64,000 nucleotides of DNA from Chrysomallon squamiferum (taxonomy: Eukaryota > Animalia > Mollusca), in contig CM022669.1 of NCBI GenBank assembly GCA_012295275.1, forward strand, positions 8,990,001-9,054,000, read 5' to 3'. Shown piece by piece: positions 24,583 to 44,591 of this stretch. Positions within the stretch are counted from its first letter, which is position 1. Each line of letters starts with the position of its first letter. Below the pieces are notes generated by a model. The model did no database searches and was not told the origin of the DNA. It saw only the letters and a list, made by a program, of their open reading frames with translations. A program made the position numbers and the translations under genes.

Positions 24583-27500
24583 AGGAAAAAGAAAAGAAAG
24601 CTTAAACGTGTAATATTTAGTGTTTCTATCTTTTTTCTTTTTTTTACATGTTTTAACAGATACATGATGTTACCCGACTGGAATGTAAAAGTCTTTAATT
24701 TACATAATTCTACTTGGTTTAGACACGGCTTCTTTCGTTGTAACTTATCACGAGCTATTTATTTATTTATTTATTTATTTATTTACAGATCAACCGGTTT
24801 TCAAGTACTGGTGTATAAACAATTGAAAATTACGCTTAAACAAACTTCGTACAATTAGTTAATCTAAGCAGTCTGAAACTAACGATGTCTGACTTCCGAG
24901 AGCCGAAGTCTCCAAACAGATGGCTGTAGTGTGATCGGTTGTTTCCGGCAAGGTCAGTGATCGGAGAGGAGGGGATTCTTCATGATGCGATAAGTGGAAG
25001 ACAGTGTTTCAGTGTGTGTACGTTGTAAATATACAAACATAAGTAGTGGGAGTCTACGTCTGCTGATAACCAGATGAAACAGACAAACTTGTGCTTAGAA
25101 GTGTGTACACTAGGGTCAAACGTAAGAGTCACGTGATCTGAACACATTGACGTGCAACACCAGTCTAGCTTGTTAAGTTCAGACTATTCATACTGGTGTC
25201 TTTCTGTCTGTCTGTCACTCATGAAGAAATGGTGTTAGTGCACAAGCGCGATTTTTCTTCTGTACTTTATTGTGAGAAAAGATTGTTCTCTAATATCAAA
25301 TATGATTGTCAAAACAATTAAAAAATACTACTACTACTACTAACAATAATAATAATAATAAAGAAGAAAAAAGAATGGGAAAAAAAAAACGAAAAAACAA
25401 AATAAGAAAAAAATAATAAATAAGTAAATAAATAAAATAAAATAAAATAAAACAATAAATAAAATTAATAATAATACAAGAAAAGAATAAAAGAATAAAA
25501 CAATAAAATGTTTTTAAAAAATAATGAAAAATAATAAAGGTATGATATAAAATTTATACAGGTTAAAGACAGGTAGAAAGAAAGCAATTTTCGTACTTTA
25601 TTGATATAGCCTTTTGTCATTAGCTGTTGATAAATAATTAAAATGAATTAAACACATTTAGTAAACACAGTTACACATTATAAATATTAGCGATACAAAC
25701 TGTCTTTAATTTTTATTGATTTAATATTTGCTTTATTCTAGTTAATTATTAAAAGTTGTACTTAACGTTTTTTCTTATGCACTGCTACAGTGTTTTGATT
25801 TTCTAACAAACTACATATTCGTAAAAAATTCACTTCATGAAGACTAATTAACAAAGACGCTTTTGATATTTTACAACTTGTTTAACTTTATTTTTAAGTG
25901 TTTTGAAAAGTTTTTCTGCTACATTACGGATACACGTTATCTTCTGACTGGCCATTTTAATCTTGAGATAACAATATCAAATCTGAAACAGAAAAACAGT
26001 TGATGCGATGACGTAAGCAGCGCGTGAGACGCCACTGAACCTATTAACTGTTATCTGATATGTTTTGTTATTTTTAACCGCCTGTCGCGCATGCAGACAA
26101 TGTTTATATCCAATCTGACTGGCACACTGCAAAGTAAAATGAAGGAACTGGCTGGTAACGTCTGCCGCCGCTCAGAAAAGCGCGGGAAAACAGCTCGATG
26201 GCGAATGGGCCACCTTAGAGCGGGTCGGTGGTTGAGCTGGCACGAGGCCAGAGGAATTCCGCCAGAAAGTTTGGCAGCGATTTGTATACAAACCCAACAC
26301 ACAGGGTTACTCAGTTCACTTTTAAAAAAAATTATTTATCTTTTTGTTTTCCCTTGCATTTTCCTCCCCCGTCCATCATTTTGTTTTTAATTAATTAATT
26401 TATTTTAATTTGAGTAATATCGTTTGAAAAACGAAGCAAAGAAACATGATTTAAAAAATCCGAATATAATAATCATGCAAAACCAAACCATTTACGTGTT
26501 AAAATAATAATAAATAATAATGCACGTATTACATATTCATTGATAAATTATGTGCAATATATATATATATATATAAATTAGTAATAAAATTAATAAAATA
26601 AATAAATATAAAAATAAAAACAACAAAAAAACAAAACAATTAAGGCAAGAAGGCAGTCTGAATGTATATGTGTCTGTTTGTGTGTGTGTTATTGTATTTA
26701 TGTTTGTATGTGTTTGTACGTATGCTATGTGTACGTTTTAATGTGTCTGTATGTGTATGTATGTACACGTGTGTATATGTATATATATGCATGGGTGTGC
26801 GTGCGTGCGTGCGTGTTTATAATGTGTGTGTCCGTATATATGCACGTATGCGTTACATATATGTGTCTGTTTCTTTGTATACCTACGTATATGTATATGC
26901 ATATATTATGTCTTTTTATATATATGTAGTATATGTTTTGTACATGTGTAAATGTGTATTATATATGTATGTATGTGTATATATATATATATATATTTAT
27001 AAAATTATGTTTGTATTCAAGTGTAAATATGTACTTTGTATGCACATATGCACATATGCACGTATGCAATAAAATAAAAATAATGAAAAAAAAAACAGTT
27101 CCTTGAACCTTTTTCAAACTTTTCGTCGTTTGATTGTTTTCTTTTCTTCGCGAAGTTTTCATTTATTCGTTAGCTCGGGTCTCGTTTTGTGTGCCACGAG
27201 ACGGCTTGTCTGTTTCTTTGATTCCGCCTCTTTCATCAGTGCTCTGTCTATGCGTTTCACAGACACGCTCGTGTGTAATTGTTCACCATTAACAGGTAAT
27301 CGAACAAACACAGCAAACTTCAGGTACATCTTCCTTTTTTTTTTTTTTTTTTTTTTACAGTTTATTTATGTGATAGGATACCTGCTTCTAAATATGTGAA
27401 CAGAAAGAAACAGAATAAGTGTTTTGGGGGAGAAATAGAGCTGTATTGCTACTAGTGCTAATACTACTAATACGACTGCTACTAATTTTGCTATTAATAC

Positions 27501-28956
27501 TAGTACTTCTACTATTACTAGTCTTATTATTACTGTTACTGCTGTTATTTCTGCTAGCACAACCACTGATACTCCTGTTGCTGCTACTACTACTACTACT
27601 ACTACTACTGCTGCTGCTGATATTACTGCTACTATTACTACTGCTACCTCTACTATTACTACTAGTATTTCCTTAGGAAGATAAGACTAAGGTCTCCCCT
27701 CCCCATGAAACGATTAGAACTCATGTTCTCTCGCATATAAAGAAGTTTTCATCCATATTCTTGTCGTGAATTAGAGGATGATGCAAGAAGGCTGAATTAG
27801 AAAACCTGTGTTTGTTTTTTTTACATTCGTATCGCGCGAAAGAGTTGAAAAGTGCAATGGAAACAAGATCAGCAGATAAAGACGTACGTCAAACTGTGTA
27901 AACACAAACAACAGAAATATATGACGGATGAAGCTGATAATGACTATGGTGATGATTATGCTCGTGATGAAGAAAACATATGTTGTGACGCATAAAGCAA
28001 AAAATAAAAAAGATGGTATTGATAATTATAATGATCATGAGAATAATTAAACATTTGGTGGTGATAAAATGTTAAGATGTTGAAGGAAAAACAGAAAGAG
28101 CAAAACTATACAAGCAGCAACGCCGAGAATGTGATAAATTTTTTTAATAATAACAATAAAAAAAATATATATATAATAATAATAATAAATAAATAAATAA
28201 ATAATAAAATAATAATAAAAAATAAAAATAAAAACAAAACAAATAAATAAATACATAAATAAATAAATTACAAAATGAATAGAAGCTTTTCACTAAATGA
28301 CGTAGAAGATACGAACATTAGCAACTAAGAAAACAAATTTGAAAGGAAAGATTACAAAAAAAAAAAAAAAGTTAGACTTTTAAGGAAAAAAAACCCCAAA
28401 AAAACCCAACAACAAACAAACAAAAAAAAAAAAAAAACAAAAAAACGAAAGAATCAGACGAATCAATCAGGGACAAAGCGCAACCAGACTTACTTTGTTG
28501 GTTCAATGACGTAAACAATACAATTTGTTTTAATGACGTTTTTTGTAGCCGATGACGTCATAATCGTGTCATCAATAATTCTAATAAGCAAACGAACGTT
28601 CACATCCGATGTATTGTATTTGTCAACGCGCACATATAAACAGACAAACATATACAACAAAGAGATGTAATAAGACAGAGCAAATCTAAGACGAAGGATC
28701 AAATCTCGTATTTTCCACAGTTCCTAACTTCCTCGATGGACATGGTATGTGTGTTGTTTTGTCGTAGTTAAATGAAAATCAAAGTAATTAAATCTGTCAT
28801 CTTTCTGCCTATTCATCTGTCAGTCTATCTGTGTTTCTCTCTGTTTCTGTGTGTATTTTTCTCTTTGTTTCTCTACTAATACATATATTCTTGTTCATAA
28901 AATACTACAAATAAAGTTAAGAAACCGATAAATTAAACTGAAAGAGTAATAATACA

Positions 28957-29015
<59 letters not shown>

Positions 29016-29659
29016 TAAAATGTTTGAAATTATCAGCATCTGTAGTAATGGCTGACGTCATAGGCGGCGATCTGCTTAGTGCGTTCGCACTTTATAGAGA
29101 TAGTGTGTGTCACTATGACTTATATGTTTCGTTATTAATATCCAACGAGGTGTTAAAAAATAATAATAAAATAAATTTAAAAAAAAGAAAGAAAAAAGAA
29201 AAAAAGAAGCAATTAAAAACATAAACTCCTTCTCCTGAATAAACTGCTCCTCCTATTCGTACACGTCACCTCTGCATAGATATAAGATAAACTTTACAAG
29301 TAAAAGAGTAGGAAGAGGGAACCCGAGAGGAGGTGAAACAACCGAACAAAACAAAAATAAAAGTTACTACGAAATAAATAAATAAATAAATAAATTCAAA
29401 ATAGAAATTCGTTAGAGAAAACATATATAAATTAATTAATTATTATTATTAATAATAATAATAATAAATAAATAAATAAATAAATAAATATATAAATTCA
29501 AATAGAATAGAAAAGGCAGAAGATCAGTTATTTGACACGTCGCTTCAAAAACATAAAAACAAGTCCCTTACGCCCAAATAATACAGTACAAACTAGAAGA
29601 AACAAAACGACACGCCCAGCTATGAATCATAATGATAATTAAAGAATATAACCGTAAGG

Positions 29660-29708
<49 letters not shown>

Positions 29709-30066
29709 ATAAGAAAAACAGAAGCAAACTAAACATTAGTGCTTTCTACTTATCGTAGTTTGGTACTTTTCCAGTACAAACGTTTCTTATTATCAGTTGT
29801 TTTTTTTTGCGGTTCAGATCTGTCTACCCCCGCAAGTCACTGGAACAACGTTTCAGCTATTTTAAGTCACTGCCAAGATCTAATAATAATAGTAATAATA
29901 GTAATAATTATGATGATAATGATGATGATGATGATAATAACGATCATAGTGATGTTCTGAGCGGAATGTTAATAAAAAGAAAAATAACGATGTTGTTTTC
30001 AATGGTACTGATATTAATACTATTAGTGCTGTTTGCTATAATAACAGTAATAACAGTAATAGCAAT

Positions 30067-30117
<51 letters not shown>

Positions 30118-30805
30118 AATAATAATAATAATGATAGTGATGATGATGATGATGGTAATGATGATGGTAATGACAAGGATGATGACGGCGATGTTTATTA
30201 TTATTGTTGTTATTGTGTTGTTGTGTTGTTGTTGTTGTTTTTTTAATTTTACAGCTCTACATAACAATCAAAGACTATTAGGATAGAGTAGTTAAGTGTC
30301 ACGCCCACGCTATAACATACCAAGAAGTAATGTAATGTATATACAATTCAAAATAATTAAACTATAGTAATAGTGACAACTGGGTGAACATCTTCCATTT
30401 CCCTGATATCCGCTTCTAGAAACAGATGAAACCATTCTAAAACATCTGACATATCGCTTCAAAAACATAAAAACAAGGTTCTTACGCCCAAATAATACCA
30501 GACAAACATTTTAAAATAATTTCGTTACTAAATGTCTGAAGACTCAGTCTGAAAACACTAACGTTCTCGCTGTTATTAAAGAAAAGAATGAATGAAACAA
30601 GATATAAAAAAATAAATAAATAACACATTTCTTGAAATTAACTCATTTACATTGAATAATTATATTCTGCAAAAGTTACTGCATATTTATTTATTTATTT
30701 ATTTATTTATTTATTTTTCTATTCAGAATAAAATTTAGGTTACCATTGACAGTATTAAGTTATAAAATACAGTTTTAAAGGACTAACATTATGATTATGA
30801 TTATG

Positions 30806-30858
<53 letters not shown>

Positions 30859-30904
30859 AGTAAATAACCTGTTTATAAATTTATTTTTTCCATTTTTTTT
30901 CTCC

Positions 30905-30912
30905 CCGGAAGT
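30905..30912 (+). promoter_or_regulatory. ETS-type motif CCGGAAGT in the COPS2 proximal promoter
   Basis: Perfect consensus ~90 nt upstream of the ATG, typical of TATA-less housekeeping promoters. Confidence 0.45.
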
Positions 30913-31001
30913 CTGCGAGTTAGGGTTACTAATAACTAAACCGAATTTGCTAAATTGCTTCGCTTCTCAAGCATTTGCTAATAACAATCTACGGAGTAAA
31001 A

Positions 31002-37230
<6,229 letters not shown>

Positions 37231-38024
37231 TCTTTGTTATCTCCCTTGAAACAAAAAATCAACTGTGGCACCTATAGTGTGATATTAACTGTGACATTTA
37301 CAGGAACATCTGTGACAAACAGTGATGTAAACTGTGACCTCACAACAGACATTATGCTTTGCCTGTAAGGAAATGAAAAGAAGATACAGCTTTGTTGTTG
37401 CCAGAGATTTTTACCCTGATTTTCTTGTTTTTAGTTCTTTCTTAAAAAAAAATCAACAAACACAATAAACTCAAATGATGAAGGTACTTAAAATATTCTG
37501 GTGTTTCTTAATATAAAATAAAATAATGATAATCTTCGGTTTGATTTTATTACATAGCCAACAGCAGTCGTCCAGGCTTACTTGTTTTGTCGATAAGAAA
37601 TGATAAATAGTCTTTTCAGAACATTTCCTAACTGCTTCGAACTCGCCTCTTTCTCCCTTCATCCTAATAAATAGAAACAATTTCACAGAGCAATACATTG
37701 TTAAATTTACTGTAAAGCTATTTATTTAAAATTAGATTTTTGCTCTTAAATTAGAATGTTTCAACAACATAAATTGATGTCTGCTACTTTGAGCTGTTAA
37801 GTAGAATCACTCCAGCTTTCTGTCTCTTGCTGCATCACAGAATATTCAAATATTAAACCATAATGTTAATTTTTTTTTTTTTTTTTTTTTTTAAACTTTC
37901 GATCGTGCTATTTATATACTAAAAAAAAACTGTTTTAAAATTATATATCATGTAAATTGCCTTGTATTTAAACAATATATACATTTTGTATACTTCCGAA
38001 CTATTGTTACCATTCTTTGCTGAT

Positions 38025-38030
38025 AATAAA
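38025..38030 (+). terminator. Candidate COPS2 polyadenylation signal AATAAA
   Basis: AATAAA ~800 nt past the stop, followed by GT/T-rich sequence. Other AATAAA hexamers exist nearby. Confidence 0.3.
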
Positions 38031-38188
38031 GTATCAACCTTCTGAGGATATTGCTACGTTGACATTTTGTTTCATCATAACGTAATTTAAAAAGAAAAAA
38101 TAAAAAAAAAAAAATTTAAATGGTAACATGGGAAAATGTGATTCAGCAGAAGAAATTATTACGTAGAAGTTTAGATCAATAATTTGTT

Positions 38189-38239
<51 letters not shown>

Positions 38240-41091
38240 TTAATTATTATTATTATTTTTTTTTAAACTATTTTCTGTACACCAGATTAAAGCATTGTAA
38301 GGCTTACACAAATATTTTCATTTCTTTAGGCAGCTGATTCCTTACGGATTCATTTAGAATATCCAGTTTTCTGCAATATCATCACCATCATATACCATCA
38401 TTACATTTAATAGATAATGTAAAATGTAAACACAACCATCATTTACAGAGTAATAATAAATAATTACAACTAACGACAATTATAATAGCTAATAATAGTA
38501 ATAGTAATAACGGTAATGAGCAATAACTGTTGATAGAGAAATATAAAAGGATTGTAGCAATTACTTGTAGACTACAGACTAGTATAAGTGTAGAGGTTAG
38601 GTACAGACCAAGATACTTTAAATTCATGCACATGCTGTTTTAAACGCTTCTTTCTGTTCCCTCTAATACAACTTGTATGTTGTTAGTCACACACGAAACG
38701 TATACATACACAGATTATGTGTATTTTACATAGTTGCTGCCCATCGTATCATTATAGCATGAAATTATGAAATTATTATTACCGTTACATGGACTTTTCG
38801 TTCTTCTTTAAGAAATAATTAGTAATAGCTCTGTATTGTTTGGCAGTTATGTTTATCAGATGATAGTTAAGTAATAAAACTATTATAATTATTGTAATAT
38901 TGAAAATGCATCACTCCTTGGTCTAATCCTGTCAGTTAGCTAAAAAGAATAGTTGTAAATCACCATCCCCTATACAGCAGAAAACACTGGTATTGGCTGA
39001 TACTGCTAATGGAGAGACGCATCGTGGAGAACTGAACCCGTGATACACAGCTCTCTAAACTAGTATCAGTAGTTTACAGTGTGTTACACTCTCCTGTACT
39101 TAATAGCGAAACTGCTTGGAAAAGATGTAAATAAAGTTTTATGTAACATTCTCATCGACAAAAGGTTCGCGTGATGGACATTAACGGCTCTTCAATTATT
39201 TTAATCGAAGACGATAAAAAGAAATGTCAGAACGTTAGATATTTGCCTGACCTTTGACACTACACTGCGTCATGATCCACAAAGAGTAAATAAAATAAAA
39301 CAGCTCAAACAGAATTTAAGAATTTTTCGGAGGTTCATTTGCGTATGAGTCATTTTTATTTTATTTTATTTGTTTGTTGTTTTGGCTTGTTTGAAATATT
39401 TTGAATATTATTTTATTATCATTAACTTGCTTTTAGAAAACTGCTTTCTCAGAATGAGAAAAACAAAGAAAGAGAAACAAAAAAAAAAAAAAAAAAAAAA
39501 AAAAAACTGAGAGAGAAAGAAAACGCAGTAGATTTTGAAAAGAGATTTGTTTTTTTTGTACGTTTAATACAACGATATTTTCAGTTTGAAAAGTTATATA
39601 ACTGTCTGCTATGGCAGCAAGAACCACAAGGGTACACAACATTATGCACAGGTTAAAATAATTATCATAACTTCTATAACGTAATGAGGAAGCTTGGTGC
39701 AATAAAAAACGTATTAATTCGATTTTTATATCCGCAGAGAAAGAAAAAAAAAAACATTTTTCGTAAACGTGCCTTTTCATTTGAAACTTTAAATCTTGTT
39801 AATAAAGTCGTTTGATCTATTTTTTCGCTCTCATCTTTGGCAATTTCTCTGCTGAGACCAAAGATTTTATATTCCATGGCTCCGAAGTCTCGGCTTTTGA
39901 TGCAACTGCTCGGTTAAGAGCCGGGTCGTTTTTCTACCGTTTATAATCTTTCCAAAATTGGTTTCGCTGGCTGAGTTCGTTTTTAGAGTGATCTCCCCGT
40001 CTCTTTAATGTACTCGGCACATTTGTGTGTTCTCGTCTTTAAGTCTTTGTCGATAGAATCGAACCGCAGAATGGAAAACTTCTATTTTATTAATGATTAT
40101 GAGATTTAATTTTTCTACTCCTGGTCACTTAGAGCTAACATTTTACAGTGAACCTCTTTGTGATGACATAATGCCGTTAGAGTAGTTTAGATCCCATAAT
40201 TCCAGTTTGCCCATTAAGACTTCCGGAAATTATGCGATCGAAACTGTTTGCAAGTAGTGGGTTCAGTGTCTGCCTATGTTCCAGAAAAAAAAAGAAGGAA
40301 AAAGTTAAAAGTAAAAAAGAGAGGGAAGAAAAGAAGCTTTCTAATGTTTACATAGCTTTATTTAATGCCTGTGCATTTATCTGTAATATCATCCAGTAAT
40401 TCGTTTTATCAGCACGATAGTCAGTTTTAAAATTTTCATTCAGATATTAATGGATTTCTCGTACATTTGTGTACAACATTCTGACTGATAGCCGTTTTAT
40501 GACTTTTCTTCTTAGTGACGTACTCAGTGATTGAATTATCTTATTTACATCTCGGATCAGCGTGTCCTGGGATCGAGACTTGGTGGTAGTGTAATCGTGA
40601 TAATAATTTTGATTTTAAACATCATACAGACAACAAAATAAAAAATAATAAATTTTTAAAAACGAGTGCTGTGAGTTACTGTTTTCTCATTAACAGCAAC
40701 GGATCTTTTACCACATATGTTTCCTACAGAGAGCAAAACACAAACTACTTGTTGATTTGAAAGAAAAAGTCAAACTGTAGCTCCGAGAGGCTGTGACGTA
40801 ACACTCACACCTAAACCACTAGACAGACAGAAAGGAAAACTGTTTCACTTTTATAGTAATGAGAAAATATTGTGAAAGACGTTTTGTGTTAAAAAAAAAA
40901 AAAAAAAATCTTGAACGATGCCATCAACAAAGAGTCTATGGCAATAACACACTAAATAACAATAAATCTACTTTCAGTAGTTTACTCGTTACTCATAATT
41001 ATTAATCTAGTGTTTATTTGTTCGTAAACGATGAAGACTAAAACATACAAGTAGGAACATTAGTAATTAACGACGAAAGAATCTTCTGTTT

Positions 41092-41126
<35 letters not shown>

Positions 41127-41789
41127 AAAGAAAAGGGAAGGAATTTCACAAAAGTTTTCTTGCAGTTGGCGTCATCACTCACAGACAATGTAGTGAACAA
41201 TTACTCTACAGATGGCGCTGTACATTGTAAACTGGCGTCGAATGTCAACAAGGCTTCTCACAAATATAGAAAACTAATTCTTACTTGCTCATCAAATTAG
41301 CGCCAGTTCTGTTGGGAACAAGTCGTTTGTACCGAGTACAAGCAGACGAAACTCTCGAGCGATTCGTACTATTTTCCTGTCGACAGATTGATGTATAGAC
41401 TTTACCTGTTCAAGTACTCCCATACCTTCTCGTTTAAATTACTTCTTCTTTTTTCTTTTTTTAAATTAATTTTTTAAATATGTGTTTTAACTTTGAATAC
41501 GAGTATTTATAAATATAAATACATTTTATGTAATTAAACAAACTTTTTCTGTGTGCTCGTAATATCATATACAAACAGAGGCATATTTATATGAATGAGT
41601 GAATGTACGTATGTATGTATGTATATCTATCTGACAATATGCATTGACGGAGATTCAAATATACATATAATTAATTACACACACATATTTATTCATACTT
41701 ATATACATGCATACATATATACGTTCATATATACATATATATACATATATACTCATATACATACATACGTCGTCTGTCTTGGAAGTGCT

Positions 41790-41930
41790 GGCGAATGGGT
41801 GCCATACGTTCGAGTCTCGTCAGTGGCATCTGACGGGCTTTTTAAGGTCGTGATTTGACTTTGTCCTCCTGCGCCAGTGCGTTCCCGAATATTGTCTATG
41901 TCTTGAATCTAATAAGAAGAGAATATTCAA
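41790..41930 (+). mobile_element. SINE-like dispersed repeat, copy 1
   Basis: Aligns with 56287-56415 (GTTCGAGTCTCGT, ATCTGACGGG, TTTGTCCTCCTGCGCCAG.GCGTTC.CGAATAT.GTCTATGT). Has a B-box-like GTTCGAGTC and a microsatellite tail. Confidence 0.7.
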
Positions 41931-41939
41931 ATCCTAAAA

Positions 41940-41943
41940 AGCA

Positions 41944-41975
<32 letters not shown>

Positions 41976-42270
41976 AACATACATACATACATGCTTGCAT
42001 GCATACATACATACAAACATACACACACACATACATACATACTCATAAACAAACATACACACATACATACTTACATACGTACAAATATCCATACATACAT
42101 ACATGCATACATACATACATACATACGTACGTACATACATACATACATACATACACACACACATACATACATACATACATACACACATACATACATACAT
42201 ACATACATACATACATACATACATACATACATACATACATGCATACACACATACATACATACATACACAC
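41940..42270. repeat. (TACA)n tetranucleotide tract
   Basis: Direct inspection; directly follows a SINE-like copy. Confidence 0.93.
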
Positions 42271-42795
42271 AGACGTCTGGAATTTGTACACAGCGTACAT
42301 TATGACTGTTTCCTTTCACAAAAACATTTAACATTTCAGTACACACACGTAGTTTACTAGTGTGAAAACAATACAAACAACCTACTCATTTTCTTATTGA
42401 TTTCATGTTCCAGCTGTTACCGCCATGTTTTCCAATGTAGGTCGCCGCCATATTGTAAGTAAAACTAACATGTAAAATGTCTGCAACATTCTCACTGAAT
42501 CTCTTCATAGCAGCTTTGTTAGTTTTCCTAGACTGGATTCAAGGTAAAAAAAACAACAAACATAAAATTAAAATATTTCACTATTTTAAAACCTTGTAAA
42601 GATTTATTTGATGTTGTTGTGTTCACATCGTTTGTAACATCAGAAACGTTCTTGTAACTGTAAACATCGTATTGACTGCAGCTATTTGCTGTTTTGTTTT
42701 TCAGGTCATTTTTTCTTCTTTTATTTTTCATGTTTTATAATAGTTGAAAACTGTCTCTAATATTCAGTTTTTCTTCATTTCACTGTTTGTTTCAG

Positions 42796-42922
42796 GATCG
42801 GTAGCAATCGACTGCCGGTTCGAATCTCGTTTTGGTAGAATTATTGTCGTGTCGTGTCCGTACGGATGTTGTGGTAGCATTTATCAACAACGTTGTTGTC
42901 AGATGAAAGAAAGCGTGTCCGA
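42796..42922 (+). CDS. Shisa/CYYR1-like Cys-rich ectodomain exon
   Basis: TTCAG| (G)SVAIDC...RCCQMKESVS(E) |GTACGT. Confidence 0.85.
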
Positions 42923-43703
42923 GTACGTATCTCTTACATACTGTAACAACACTGACAACATGATGATGATGATGATAATAATAATAACGTCATTATCATC
43001 ATAATTGTTATCGTCAACAATTTGTGTGTGTGTGTGTGTGTGTGTATATTTATATATGCACATGTGAACGTATGTGTAAGTGTATATTTATATATGTATG
43101 TATCTGTATGTATGAATATGTGTACATATATATATATCTATGTATGTATGTCTGTATGCATGTATGTTATCTGTATGTATGAATGTATATACGAATGTAT
43201 GTGTATGTGTATATATATATATGTATGTATGTCTCTGTATGCATGTATCTATGAATGTATGTGTGTATATATATATATATATATATGTATATCTGTATTT
43301 ATGTATGTGTGACGGTATGCATGTGTATGTATGTATATATGTTTATATGTATGTATGCATGTACACACACATGCACACATACATATATGAACACACATAC
43401 AAAACATACAACACACACAAACAAACGGACACACAGACTGACAGAGTCTGACAGACAAACACGACATGCAGGACGGTTGTAAAATGCTGATGCTTTTGTT
43501 TTCAGGACGCTGTTTGTGGTTGGGTGTGTCGTAGGCAGTATCGGCATCACCACTCTGATAATATCTGTCTTCATCTGCCTGTGTTGTCGTAACAGAAATC
43601 GACCCATGCCAGGTCGCGTGATCAGTACCGCGCCCAATGTTACCTGTGTCACGCACACTACAGGTATGACATTTTACATGTAATTGCTTTTTGTTGTTTG
43701 TTG

Positions 43704-43744
<41 letters not shown>

Positions 43745-44247
43745 ATTATTTATTGTTGTTATTGTTGTTAATATTATTATTGTTATAACATATTACTATT
43801 GTTGCTGTTATTATACTATTACTATTATTATTATTATGTTTATTATTGTTATGTTTATTTATTGTTGTTGTTATTATTATTATTATTATTATTATACATA
43901 TTATTATTGTTGTTATATTAGTATTATTATGTTTGATGTTATTGTTACTGCTGTTGTTTTTGTTGTTGTTATTTACATTATTATTGTTGTAGTTGTAACT
44001 GTTTTTACATATTGTTGTTATTCTTATTATTAGTAGTAGTAGAAGCAGTAGTAGCAGTAGCAGTGTTAGTAGTAGGAATAGCAATAATAATAACAGAAGT
44101 ACTGATGATAGTAGTAGTAGTAATGGTGATAGTTGTAGTAATAGTAGTAGCAGCAGTAATAGTTGTAGTAGTAGTAGTAATACGTAGTAGTATTAATAGT
44201 AGTATTACTAGTATTATCATCAGTAACAATAGTTGCAGTAATAGGAA

Positions 44248-44282
<35 letters not shown>

Positions 44283-44591
44283 ATAATAGTAGTAGTAGTA
44301 GTAGTTGTGCCTTTATTACTTATATATATATATATATATTATTGAGGTTGTTTTTGTTGTTTTTGTTGTAATTATATTGTTTTTGATCTTAATACTGTTA
44401 TTGATGTTGTCGTTGTTGTCGTAGCTGTAGTGATTGTTGTTGTTGTTACTGTACTCGCAGACGCATCTAGTGCGAACAGAGGTCAGGAAATGCCGCTGCC
44501 TGTTCTTCAGACGTCCACGTCGACATCCGGCGACAACGTCTCTGTGAATAAAGCTCACGCATCCGGTTACGACAACCTCGCTTACACGTAA
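42796..44591 (+). CDS. Shisa-like / CYYR1-like single-pass membrane protein; exons 42796-42922, 43506-43663, 44461-44591; 5' signal-peptide exon not resolved
   Basis: Six-Cys ectodomain C-x13-C-x3-CC-x7-CC (DCRFESRFGRIIVVSCPYGCCGSIYQQRCC), TM TLFVVGCVVGSIGITTLIISVFI, juxtamembrane CLCC plus basic RNRNR, tail ending GYDNLAYT*. Splice phases 1-2, 2-1, 1-stop are all consistent. Confidence 0.85.
43506..43663 (+). CDS. Shisa/CYYR1-like transmembrane exon
   Basis: TTCAG| TLFVVGCVVGSIGITTLIISVFICLCCRNRNRPMPGRVISTAPNVTCVTHTT |GTATGA. Confidence 0.85.
43700..44305. repeat. (TTA/TTG)n then (TAG)n trinucleotide tract in the last intron of the Shisa-like gene
   Basis: Direct inspection. Confidence 0.9.
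44461..44591 (+). CDS. Shisa/CYYR1-like terminal exon
   Basis: CGCAG| (D)ASSANRGQEMPLPVLQTSTSTSGDNVSVNKAHASGYDNLAYT TAA. Confidence 0.75.

Noticed and set aside
24679-25020. miR-1-like (TGGAATGTAAA, ~24679) and miR-7-like (TGGAAGAC, ~24995) starts
   Set aside because: The match ends after the seed region and I see no complementary hairpin arm.
39433-40080. Minus-strand ORF pieces downstream of COPS2
   Set aside because: Stops in all frames, no recognisable domain and no consistent splice pattern; possibly a decayed transposon.
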